Of a DNA stretch of 64,000 nt, positions 9,054 to 19,931 are shown in pieces. Made by a program: the position numbers and the translations under genes. The DNA is taken from the NCBI GenBank assembly GCA_035526705.1, contig DATLBX010000017.1, positions 34,507-98,506 on the forward strand. The letters run 5' to 3'. Source of the DNA: Acidimicrobiales bacterium. Lineage in GTDB: Bacteria > Actinomycetota > Acidimicrobiia > Acidimicrobiales > JAHWKP01. The first letter of the stretch is position 1, and each line of letters opens with the position of its first letter. The notes beneath the pieces are model-generated. The model made no database searches. It saw only the letters and a list, made by a program, of their open reading frames with translations, and was not told the DNA's origin.

Positions 9054-9665
9054 ATGCGCAGAGCCCTTACAACCGCTGTCGCCATCAGTTTGGCTCTCGC
9101 GCTACTCGTAGCAGGCAGCCCAGCGCGAGCTGCCGAAGTCTCATGGGCGGACGACCCCGGTGATGCAACGCAGATCGGAGTCGACGAAGTCGGATCGACT
9201 CCGCGGCCATCGGACAGCCAGCTCGACATCCTCAAGACATCTTGGTCCGCTGACGGGAAGTACCTCAACTTGGCGATGTACCTGGACTCCGTCGAAGGAG
9301 ATCCGACCGCATCGTTCGGACGCGACTACCGCTTCTATTTCACGCACGAGGGAACGAGATGGGCTGTCGGGGCTCAGCTGCCCTCCGCCCCGCTGGACGC
9401 AGCCTTCATTCAGGGACCGATCATGTACAACGACGACACCGGTGAGTACCTCGACTGTGGTTGCAAGGCCGGCTTCGACGCCAAGACGAAGGCCTTCACT
9501 CTCAAGGTGTCTTACGACACTTTTGACAGGGCCTTCCCCGGGAGCGCCAAGGTCGGACCCGGCACCAAGTTCACCGAGCTCAGCAGCGTTGCGTCTCGCT
9601 TTCAGGTGCTGATCATCCCCGCAGACGACTCGGAGGCTCCCGCGCCCGCGAGTTTCACTTTCTGA
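9054..9665 (+). CDS. Secreted protein, paralog 4 of tandem family
   Basis: The ORF opens at GTG 9045. ATG 9054 (MRRALTT) matches the MRR starts of the paralogs. Motifs DPGDA, TPRPSD..LDI, FYFTH, CGCK, PGTKFTELS, C-terminal ASFTF. Confidence 0.8.
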   Translation: MRRALTTAVAISLALALLVAGSPARAAEVSWADDPGDATQIGVDEVGSTPRPSDSQLDILKTSWSADGKYLNLAMYLDSVEGDPTASFGRDYRFYFTHEGTRWAVGAQLPSAPLDAAFIQGPIMYNDDTGEYLDCGCKAGFDAKTKAFTLKVSYDTFDRAFPGSAKVGPGTKFTELSSVASRFQVLIIPADDSEAPAPASFTF

Positions 9666-9730
9666 TCAGGGCCCCGGGCCCTACACGCGAGGGCTCACCA
9701 GCTCGCTCGGGGTCACAACACTGACAGCGA

Positions 9731-11821
9731 CTACGCCGCCAGGTGCGTCTTGAAGAAGTCGACTTCTAGCGCGAGCAGATTTTCGGCGACCACTTCGCTG
9801 GGGGCGGTCATGTGGGTGATCCCCGACAGCGGCAGCACCTGGTGAGGTCTTCCGGCGGCCAGTAGCGCGGCGGAGAGCCGCAAGGTGTGGGCCACCACCA
9901 CGTTGTCGTCGGCCAAGCCGTGCACCAGCAACAGGGGGCGCTCGAGCTTTGGGGCGTCCGCCAGCAGGCTCGAGCGCGCGTAAACGTCCGGTGACTGGTT
10001 GGGGTCTCCGAGATAACGCTCGGTGTAGTGCGTGTCGTAGAGCGTCCAATCGGTGACCGAGGCGGTGGCGACTGCGGCGTGGAACACGTCCGGACGCCGG
10101 AGCACAGCGAGCGCTGAGAGATAACCGCCGAATGACGCGCCTCGGATGCCGACGCGGGTCAGGTCGAGCTCGGGGTGATCGGCCGCCAGTGCGTGCAGCG
10201 CTTCGACCTGATCCTCGAGCACCGGCGTGGCCAGATCGCCGGCGATCGCCTTCTCCCACTGGGGGCCACGGCCCGGTGAACCGCGCCCGTCGACGACCAC
10301 CACGGCGAAGCCCTGGTCGGCGAACCACTGCGACGTGGTGTACGCCCCGAGCGCGGATACGACCCGCTGCGCGTGCGGGCCGCCGTAGGGATCCATGATC
10401 ACGGGGAGGGGGCCGTCGGCGTTCTCGGGCAGCAGCAGCGAGGTGTTCAGAGCTCGCGGACCTACCGAGCGCACGCGGGCCCGGGGCGTGATCGACGGCG
10501 TCTCCGCCAAAGACTCGATCTCGCCGATCGGCTCGCCCCGGCGGTACACCACGGTCCGCGCTCCCGTGTGCTCCAAGCTCCGCGACGTCGCTACCACGAC
10601 GTCGCCCGACGCCGACCCCATATGCACCCCCGGGTCCGTCGTGAGCTGTTGCACATGCCCTTCGGGATCCAGTCGCCATAGGTGTAGCTGGGTCGCGTCC
10701 TCCGTAGCGCCGGCAAACACCACACCGCTCTCCCCCACCGACAACACCGACCGCACCTGCAGGCCCGGGGGCGTGACGGGCTGGCCGTCGAGGGCCAGGT
10801 AACGAGTGTCGGCAGATACGTCGTCGAGCGGATGAAGCAGCCGACCGTCCGGCAGGAAGGACGGCACACCCTGCATCAGCTCGATCCACACCGGGTCCTC
10901 CTGGTCCCGTAGAACGGAGGTACCGCCGTCGGCCGCGACCGAAAGCATCCGGACCCGCCGTTGGTCGCGCGACTGCACCTGAACGATTCCAGGCAGACGT
11001 TCGCACCAGACGCGCGTGAGGTACGGATAGGCGGCGCGGTCCCAATCGATCTCGCGACGGGAACCGTCGAGGCCGACGAGCCACAGCGTTACGTCGGCGT
11101 TGGGCGTACCGGCGGCGGGATAGGCGAGTTCGACAGCTGGACGGTCGGGGTTGGCGGGGTCAGCGATGTACCAGCGCTGTACGGGCGAGTTGTCGACGCG
11201 GGCGACCAGCAACGACTGGCCGTCGGGCAACCACCAGAACCCCGAGGTGCGCCCCATCTCCTCGGCGGCGACATGCTCGGCGAGCCCCCACTTCACGTCC
11301 CCGCTCTCGGCCGCAACAAGTTCGGTGTCGGTGCCGGCCGCCAGATCGAAGATGCGGATCCCACCGCCGGTGACGTAAGCGATGCGCGAGCCAGTCGGGT
11401 CGATTCGAGGATCTATGACGGGCGAAACGCAGTCCAACCGGCGGGGCTTGCCGTCGGCGGACCCCGGCAGATCCAGCACCCAGGGACTGCCCGAGAGCAT
11501 GAAGCAGACCCTCGCCATATCCGCGTCGGTGTTGAAGCCGACGATTCCCGCGGCCGCCTCGCGAGTGCGTTCCCGCAACGCCCGCTCCTCGGGTGACAAC
11601 GACTCTCCGGCCCCGCCCAGCAGGGCCGCGGGGTCGGCGATCAACTCCTCGGTCATGGAGTCGAGATCGAGCTGCCATAGGCAAGTGACTCGGTCCGTGC
11701 CCGACTTGGAACGGAGGAAGAGCACGCTCCGCCCATCGCTCCCGATGCGAAAGCTCCGCGGCACGCCGAGCATGAAGCGCAACGTGCGCGCTGCTTGTCT
11801 GGGGAAGGAGACCTCGCTCAT
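9731..11821 (-). CDS. S9 family serine peptidase, dipeptidyl-peptidase IV-like (N-terminal propeller + C-terminal alpha/beta hydrolase)
   Basis: 696-aa ORF. Nucleophile elbow GASFGGYLS, later HGLADDNV and GITH (Ser-Asp-His). Starts 19 nt downstream of the preceding lipoprotein gene on the same strand. Confidence 0.85.
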   Translation of the reverse strand: MSEVSFPRQAARTLRFMLGVPRSFRIGSDGRSVLFLRSKSGTDRVTCLWQLDLDSMTEELIADPAALLGGAGESLSPEERALRERTREAAAGIVGFNTDADMARVCFMLSGSPWVLDLPGSADGKPRRLDCVSPVIDPRIDPTGSRIAYVTGGGIRIFDLAAGTDTELVAAESGDVKWGLAEHVAAEEMGRTSGFWWLPDGQSLLVARVDNSPVQRWYIADPANPDRPAVELAYPAAGTPNADVTLWLVGLDGSRREIDWDRAAYPYLTRVWCERLPGIVQVQSRDQRRVRMLSVAADGGTSVLRDQEDPVWIELMQGVPSFLPDGRLLHPLDDVSADTRYLALDGQPVTPPGLQVRSVLSVGESGVVFAGATEDATQLHLWRLDPEGHVQQLTTDPGVHMGSASGDVVVATSRSLEHTGARTVVYRRGEPIGEIESLAETPSITPRARVRSVGPRALNTSLLLPENADGPLPVIMDPYGGPHAQRVVSALGAYTTSQWFADQGFAVVVVDGRGSPGRGPQWEKAIAGDLATPVLEDQVEALHALAADHPELDLTRVGIRGASFGGYLSALAVLRRPDVFHAAVATASVTDWTLYDTHYTERYLGDPNQSPDVYARSSLLADAPKLERPLLLVHGLADDNVVVAHTLRLSAALLAAGRPHQVLPLSGITHMTAPSEVVAENLLALEVDFFKTHLAA

Positions 11822-11840
11822 CGCGAAGGAGGTCTAGTCG

Positions 11841-12980
11841 CTAACCGGCGCTCGAGGCTTCCTTGGTACGGACCTGCACCAGGCTCTTCAGATTGCCGAC
11901 GGTGCCGTCGGTCGGGAGGATCACGGCTTCGGTGCCCGGCACATCGAGGATCTCCAGCGAAAGCGTGCGGATCTCGATCGGGTCGAGGCCGGCAGCCGTC
12001 CGCTTGCCATTCAGGGTCTCGACCGCTATCGCGGCAGCCTCTTCCTCGTTGTCCGGCAGGGGGATGTCGAAGCGACCCTCGATGTCGTCGAGAAGCCGAG
12101 GGTTTATCTCGATCGACTCCAGCACATTCACGACTTGGCGGTTCTTCACGTAGATCGCCATCCGCCGAAAGTGCTGCTCATCCGGCAGGTTCTCGCTGCT
12201 GCCCGCGTTGAGACTCTGATTCGGGTTGGGCAGCTGCGGGGCGAACAGGTCGTAACGCAGGACCGCCGAGCCCCGCTCCGGCTTCGGGAACGTCTCCGCG
12301 CTGGGGTCGTAGTTGGGGTTCTCCTCGTTGAACCGCGTGACCTCCTGCGCCTGCTGCACCGCGTTCTCGATTGTCTGCAAGCCACGGAGCGCCTCGAGGA
12401 CCGGGGCGATGATTCCACCCTCGCCTTCCTCCAGGACGCGGCCTGCCGTCGCGCTGAACAGTTCCGGCGCGCCCGTCGGGTCGGTTACCCAGTTGCGGGT
12501 CTCGAGCGCCTGGATGACTTCGCGGCTGGGGGGCGCCAGCGCCGCCGGCCCCGCTTCGCCTTCGCCTCCGGTGGCCGCCGCGGGGACGGCGGGAGCACCC
12601 GGTACGACGGGTAGACCTGGTGCTGCGGGCCCGCCCGTGGCTCCACCGGTGGCCGCGGCAACGGCTTCGCCGACGGCTTCGGCGGCCGCGTCGATGTCGA
12701 TCACTCGCACCGCAAGCGCGTCGTCGCGGACGACAACGTCGAGGGCGGCCCGTCCGTCGACCGTCACCTGCGCCTTGTAGCGGTAGTCGTCGGTGATGAG
12801 AAGGTCCACCCGCGTCGTGGTGCCGTCGGCCAGGACTTCTTCATACGCGATACCCCGCGGCTCGCGCTCTGTCCGCCTGATGGCTGCCGGAACGTCCTTC
12901 TCCGGATCGGCGCGCGTGCCGCAAGCGGTCGCCACCAGCACGACGCTCAGCAGTACGAGCCCGACGCGAATGCGTGTCAT
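11841..12980 (-). CDS. Lipoprotein of unknown function (379 aa, Ala/Gly/Pro-rich linker)
   Basis: ORF 11841..13565 trimmed to ATG 12980 (MTRIRVGLVLLSVVLVATAC, lipobox-like Cys). The ATGA overlap with the upstream gene stop supports this start. Confidence 0.7.
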   Translation of the reverse strand: MTRIRVGLVLLSVVLVATACGTRADPEKDVPAAIRRTEREPRGIAYEEVLADGTTTRVDLLITDDYRYKAQVTVDGRAALDVVVRDDALAVRVIDIDAAAEAVGEAVAAATGGATGGPAAPGLPVVPGAPAVPAAATGGEGEAGPAALAPPSREVIQALETRNWVTDPTGAPELFSATAGRVLEEGEGGIIAPVLEALRGLQTIENAVQQAQEVTRFNEENPNYDPSAETFPKPERGSAVLRYDLFAPQLPNPNQSLNAGSSENLPDEQHFRRMAIYVKNRQVVNVLESIEINPRLLDDIEGRFDIPLPDNEEEAAAIAVETLNGKRTAAGLDPIEIRTLSLEILDVPGTEAVILPTDGTVGNLKSLVQVRTKEASSAG

Positions 12981-13479
12981 TTGGTCGTGATCTCCAGGGT
13001 CTCGCGCATCAGCGTGCGGGGTCGATCGAATTCGTCGCGTATAGACAGCAGGTACCAATCGAGATCGTCGAACCAGATGGCGACGGTCTGCTTGGTCTGG
13101 GTCGTGCGGTAGACGATCGTTTCGCCCATGCGGGTCTGCTTCGGCCGCGTGCTTCCGAACTGAGTGAGGATCGATTGGCGGAAATCGTTGGACTTGTTGC
13201 GCGGCTCGTCGCGGAAGCGGGCGATCTGCAAGGTCGCCTGCACCAGGTCTTTGTCGCCGCGGAAGCTGTACAAAGCGGCTCCGGCGACGTACGAAGGACG
13301 GAAGCTCTCCAGCGCCTCGGTCACCTTCTCCTCGGCGACGTTCAGGCCCACGATCTGTGGCGGGAGCTGAATATCGTCGAGCGGCTCGACCGGACCACCC
13401 GCCTTGGTCACCACGTCCTCGCCGCCGCCGCAGGCTCCGGCTACCGCGGCCAGGATCAGGGCGAAGGCAACCAGACGCT

Positions 13480-13483
<4 letters not shown>
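12977..13483 (-). CDS. Small lipoprotein of unknown function (168 aa)
   Basis: MKRLVAFALILAAVAGAC signal/lipobox. ATGA overlap with the stop of the MFS-ABC fusion gene. Confidence 0.7.
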
Positions 13484-16539
<3,056 letters not shown>

Positions 16540-18885
16540 CTAGCGTCTCCCCGATCCCACGGCTTGGCGGCCGTTCTCAGAAGTTGGTGCGAAGGCAAGG
16601 TCGTCCATACCGGCGGTGTCTTCCTCGATGTCGCCGAAGACCACGGCTTCGCGGAGATCCCGCGTCGCTCCCGGCGCCTCTTCGAGCTCCGGGTACAGGT
16701 CGGACTGGACCGTGAACTTGGACCCCGCGGGCAATGCCGCCAACCCTGTCCTGGGCAGCGGCTCGGCCAGCGGCCAGATGCCGGATGTGATGTCGAGGTC
16801 CTCGCGCATGCCGGGCACCACGAGCTGCCGGCGCTGCGCAACGATCGACAGCACGGAGTCGCGGGCCGCGGTCACCAGCGAGATCACTCCACCCGGCGCG
16901 GCGTAGAGCAGGATCAGCGCGCCGACCGGGCCCAGAAGACCCGCCAGCAGCGGACTCGACACGAGATAGTCCAGGAAGTTGAAGTAGAAGGCACCGAGGA
17001 GCGCACCGCCCACTGAGCCGATGCCGCCGAACACCGCGGCGATGAAGGTCTGGATCGAGGCTGCTGCGGTGAAGGATTCCGCGGAAATGCCGCGCTGCTG
17101 GTGGGCGAAGATCGCCCCGGCGAAACCGGCGAGGGCACCGGCAATCGCGAAAGCCATGAGCTTGGCGCGGACCGGTCCGATGCCGAAGGCCCGTAGGTTG
17201 GGCTCGTTGTCGCGCACGCCGATCAGGATGCGGCCGATCCGCGTCTTCCGCATCGACGACACGAGGAAGATCACGAGTATCAGTGCGGCGACGCACAGGT
17301 AATACATCGAGCGCTCGTCCTCGAAGTCGAGGAAGAAGAAGGTCGGTCGGTCCACCCGCTCGGGCTGCAGCCACCCGAAGTAGCGCTCCGAGAAGAACGC
17401 CTGCTCCACCGCGAAGGCGAACGCGAAGGTGACCACCAGCAGGAACAGACCCTTGATGCGCAGCGCCGGAAGTCCGACCACGACGGCGATAGCGCCGACG
17501 ATGATCGCGGTCAGCGGGACGGCGAACCAGAAGGGAATGCCAATGCGGTTGGTCAACGCGCCGCCGACCACCGCGCCCACACCTGTCAGCGCGTACTGGC
17601 CGAGCGACACCTGGCCCGCCCAACCGGTGAGGACGACGAGCGAAATGATCACGATCGTCTGAATGGCGACGACGCCGCCCAGGTTGGTGGCGCCCGTCCC
17701 GACAACGAACGGGTACAGCAGCACCGCCAGCGCACCGAGAACCATCAGCGCAATGCGCGTGATCCGGATGCCCGGGACGCGGAGCAGTACGCGCGGGATC
17801 GGGCGCTGCTCCTGCGACGCGACCCAGGACGAAGCCTCGTTTGCGGCCTCGGAGCGCATCAACTGCCGGCGCTGTAGGAAGAGGCCGACACCGATCGTAA
17901 GGAGCAGAGCGATCGAGAACAACGGTGCGTCGTCGCGGAAGCTCCACTTCCACGCGGCCTCCAGCACGAAGATCACCGCAGTGGCCGTGGCGGCCACCGG
18001 CAGGGACTTCATGCGAGCCAGGACCGCGCCCGCCAGCGCGGGGATGAGCAGCGTCGGGGCTACACCCTGAGTTACGGCACTCGGGCTCGAGATGGTGCCG
18101 GTCAGGATCACCGCCACGCCGGACAAGGCGGCCGTCAGGCCCCACACCAGGCAGGCCAGCTTGCCCACGCTGATGCCCAGGAGGGAGGCTCGCTCGGAGT
18201 TCTCCGACACGCCGCGCACCGCAACACCCAGGCGGGTGTACCGGAAGATCGCGGCAACCACGATCAACGCGGCCAGCGACACTTCGATGGCGAGAATCTC
18301 CGCAAATCCGAACGGGATCTCGAGATTGCCCACGGTGAACTTGAAGCCGGCGAAGGGAATGCCCGCGCGGATTGCCTCGTCGCCCGCCTCCGCAAGCGGG
18401 CGGAATTCCTGCGGCGGGAAGAAGGGCAGATCGTCGATGAACCCTGTGAAGAATCCGAGGACGTTGGTGAGGAGAATCGTCAGCACGGTCAGCACCAGGC
18501 GGGGAGCGCGCTGGAACCGGATTGCGGCGAGTCCGACGAGTACTCCGACTCCTCCGGCGACAGCCATGCCGAGGAGAATCGCGATGGGGAACGGTGTCGG
18601 CGTGAACTGCACCAGGCGGAAGGCGAGCACCCCGCCGGCGATACCCATGGCCGCCTGTGCGAAGTTGATGATGCGGATCGTCCGGTAGATCAGCACGATG
18701 CCGACGGCGGTCAGTGAGCCGACCATGCCTTGCACGAGGCCTTGGAACAGGATGGCCATCGGCGTGCCCCGCCCACCGCCGCCGGAACCCGGCAGCAGGA
18801 CGAAAAGGGTGAGCAGGACGCCGAGCGCGCTACCGCCGTAGATCAGGGCGGCCCGCGCCCGCTTGTTCTGCAGTAGTGCGTTCAT
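16540..18885 (-). CDS. Fused LivH-LivM type branched-chain-amino-acid (HAAT family) ABC permease with long cytoplasmic tail
   Basis: 781-aa polytopic ORF with two permease halves. The first carries IRIINFAQAAMG, which is LivH-like. The second carries TGWAGQVSLGQYAL, which is LivM-like. Its stop abuts the start of the next gene. Confidence 0.85.
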   Translation of the reverse strand: MNALLQNKRARAALIYGGSALGVLLTLFVLLPGSGGGGRGTPMAILFQGLVQGMVGSLTAVGIVLIYRTIRIINFAQAAMGIAGGVLAFRLVQFTPTPFPIAILLGMAVAGGVGVLVGLAAIRFQRAPRLVLTVLTILLTNVLGFFTGFIDDLPFFPPQEFRPLAEAGDEAIRAGIPFAGFKFTVGNLEIPFGFAEILAIEVSLAALIVVAAIFRYTRLGVAVRGVSENSERASLLGISVGKLACLVWGLTAALSGVAVILTGTISSPSAVTQGVAPTLLIPALAGAVLARMKSLPVAATATAVIFVLEAAWKWSFRDDAPLFSIALLLTIGVGLFLQRRQLMRSEAANEASSWVASQEQRPIPRVLLRVPGIRITRIALMVLGALAVLLYPFVVGTGATNLGGVVAIQTIVIISLVVLTGWAGQVSLGQYALTGVGAVVGGALTNRIGIPFWFAVPLTAIIVGAIAVVVGLPALRIKGLFLLVVTFAFAFAVEQAFFSERYFGWLQPERVDRPTFFFLDFEDERSMYYLCVAALILVIFLVSSMRKTRIGRILIGVRDNEPNLRAFGIGPVRAKLMAFAIAGALAGFAGAIFAHQQRGISAESFTAAASIQTFIAAVFGGIGSVGGALLGAFYFNFLDYLVSSPLLAGLLGPVGALILLYAAPGGVISLVTAARDSVLSIVAQRRQLVVPGMREDLDITSGIWPLAEPLPRTGLAALPAGSKFTVQSDLYPELEEAPGATRDLREAVVFGDIEEDTAGMDDLAFAPTSENGRQAVGSGRR

Positions 18886-19931
18886 GAGGCGGCGTCAGCC
18901 GGCAGCGGGTCGGGCACGGTCTGTCCGACGCGGAAAGTGATCTTGGCGCTGCCAGTCGTGTTCGAGGACTCGAGGTACTCCTGGATGATCGCCCCGCCGA
19001 GTTGCGTGGCCACGATGTAGTGATACGTCTGCGTCGCGCTGTCCTCGGGGCTCAGTCCGGACGTGGTGCGCGTCCCCTCCACCAGCCAACCGTCGATGAC
19101 CTCACCGCAGGCATCGACCTGCTGGCGCTTGCGGACGGACCCGGAGATGCGAAGCGAGCTGCCGCTGCCTGGGTCGATCCCGGTGGCGTCGAACGCTTCG
19201 CCGGGCACGATCGGAAGGGGAAGAATCAGGACCGGCGGGGTCGGGGTGAACGTGGAGATCGAAGCTCCGGTTTTCGGATCGAACCGCTCGATCTGGTAGA
19301 TGGCGACGCCCCGGTCCGGCTCGCCGACCCGGACGTCTGTCGGCCCGACTCGCTGCTGGGTCGGGGCCGTCTTGACGCGGTAGCGGGTGACCACGATTTG
19401 CCCGGTGCCCATCTCGGACTGGACCGTCTCGAAGGTGAAGGTCGTGTCGTTCTCGGCTTCGACGGCGCGGATGAGGCGCTTCTCGAATCCGGACACCGGG
19501 ATCTTGAAAGTCGGCGCAGCGGCCAACATCTGCTCGCCGCTGCGGACCCAGCGGTAGAGCCCGACCGCGGGCTTGCCTTCGACGTTGAGGCTGGCCTCCT
19601 TGTCGGGGAACTCGGTGAGCGCGGCGGGCGGGCACGGCTCGATCGGTGCGGCCCGGGGTGGGAGGCGGGTCAGGAAACCTTTGTCGTCGAACTCGATCTC
19701 GTCGACCTCGACCACGTCTTCGATCTGCCCTACCGGGCCGCCGGAAAAGTTGGCCGGTGCCGGCGGGGGCGGAGGCGTGATCTCGCCGAAGACGATGTCG
19801 GCTTGCACGTTCTGCAAGCGAACGGTCGGCTCTGCCTGCTCTCCGCACGCCGCCGCGACCAACCCGAGCAGTGCGATCAGGACCACGGCGCGACTGCGCC
19901 GGCCCCTAGACACCGAGTAGCTCCTTCTCAC
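18882..19931 (-). CDS. Lipoprotein of unknown function (349 aa)
   Basis: MRRSYSVSRGRRSRAVVLIALLGLVAAAC signal/lipobox, then a poly-Pro linker. ATGA overlap with the permease start. Confidence 0.7.
   Translation of the reverse strand: MRRSYSVSRGRRSRAVVLIALLGLVAAACGEQAEPTVRLQNVQADIVFGEITPPPPPAPANFSGGPVGQIEDVVEVDEIEFDDKGFLTRLPPRAAPIEPCPPAALTEFPDKEASLNVEGKPAVGLYRWVRSGEQMLAAAPTFKIPVSGFEKRLIRAVEAENDTTFTFETVQSEMGTGQIVVTRYRVKTAPTQQRVGPTDVRVGEPDRGVAIYQIERFDPKTGASISTFTPTPPVLILPLPIVPGEAFDATGIDPGSGSSLRISGSVRKRQQVDACGEVIDGWLVEGTRTTSGLSPEDSATQTYHYIVATQLGGAIIQEYLESSNTTGSAKITFRVGQTVPDPLPADAAS

Noticed and set aside
9666-9730. GGGCCCCGGGCCC near-palindrome after paralog 4
   Set aside because: The stem is only 5 bp with a 3-nt loop and no T-tract, which is too weak to call a terminator.
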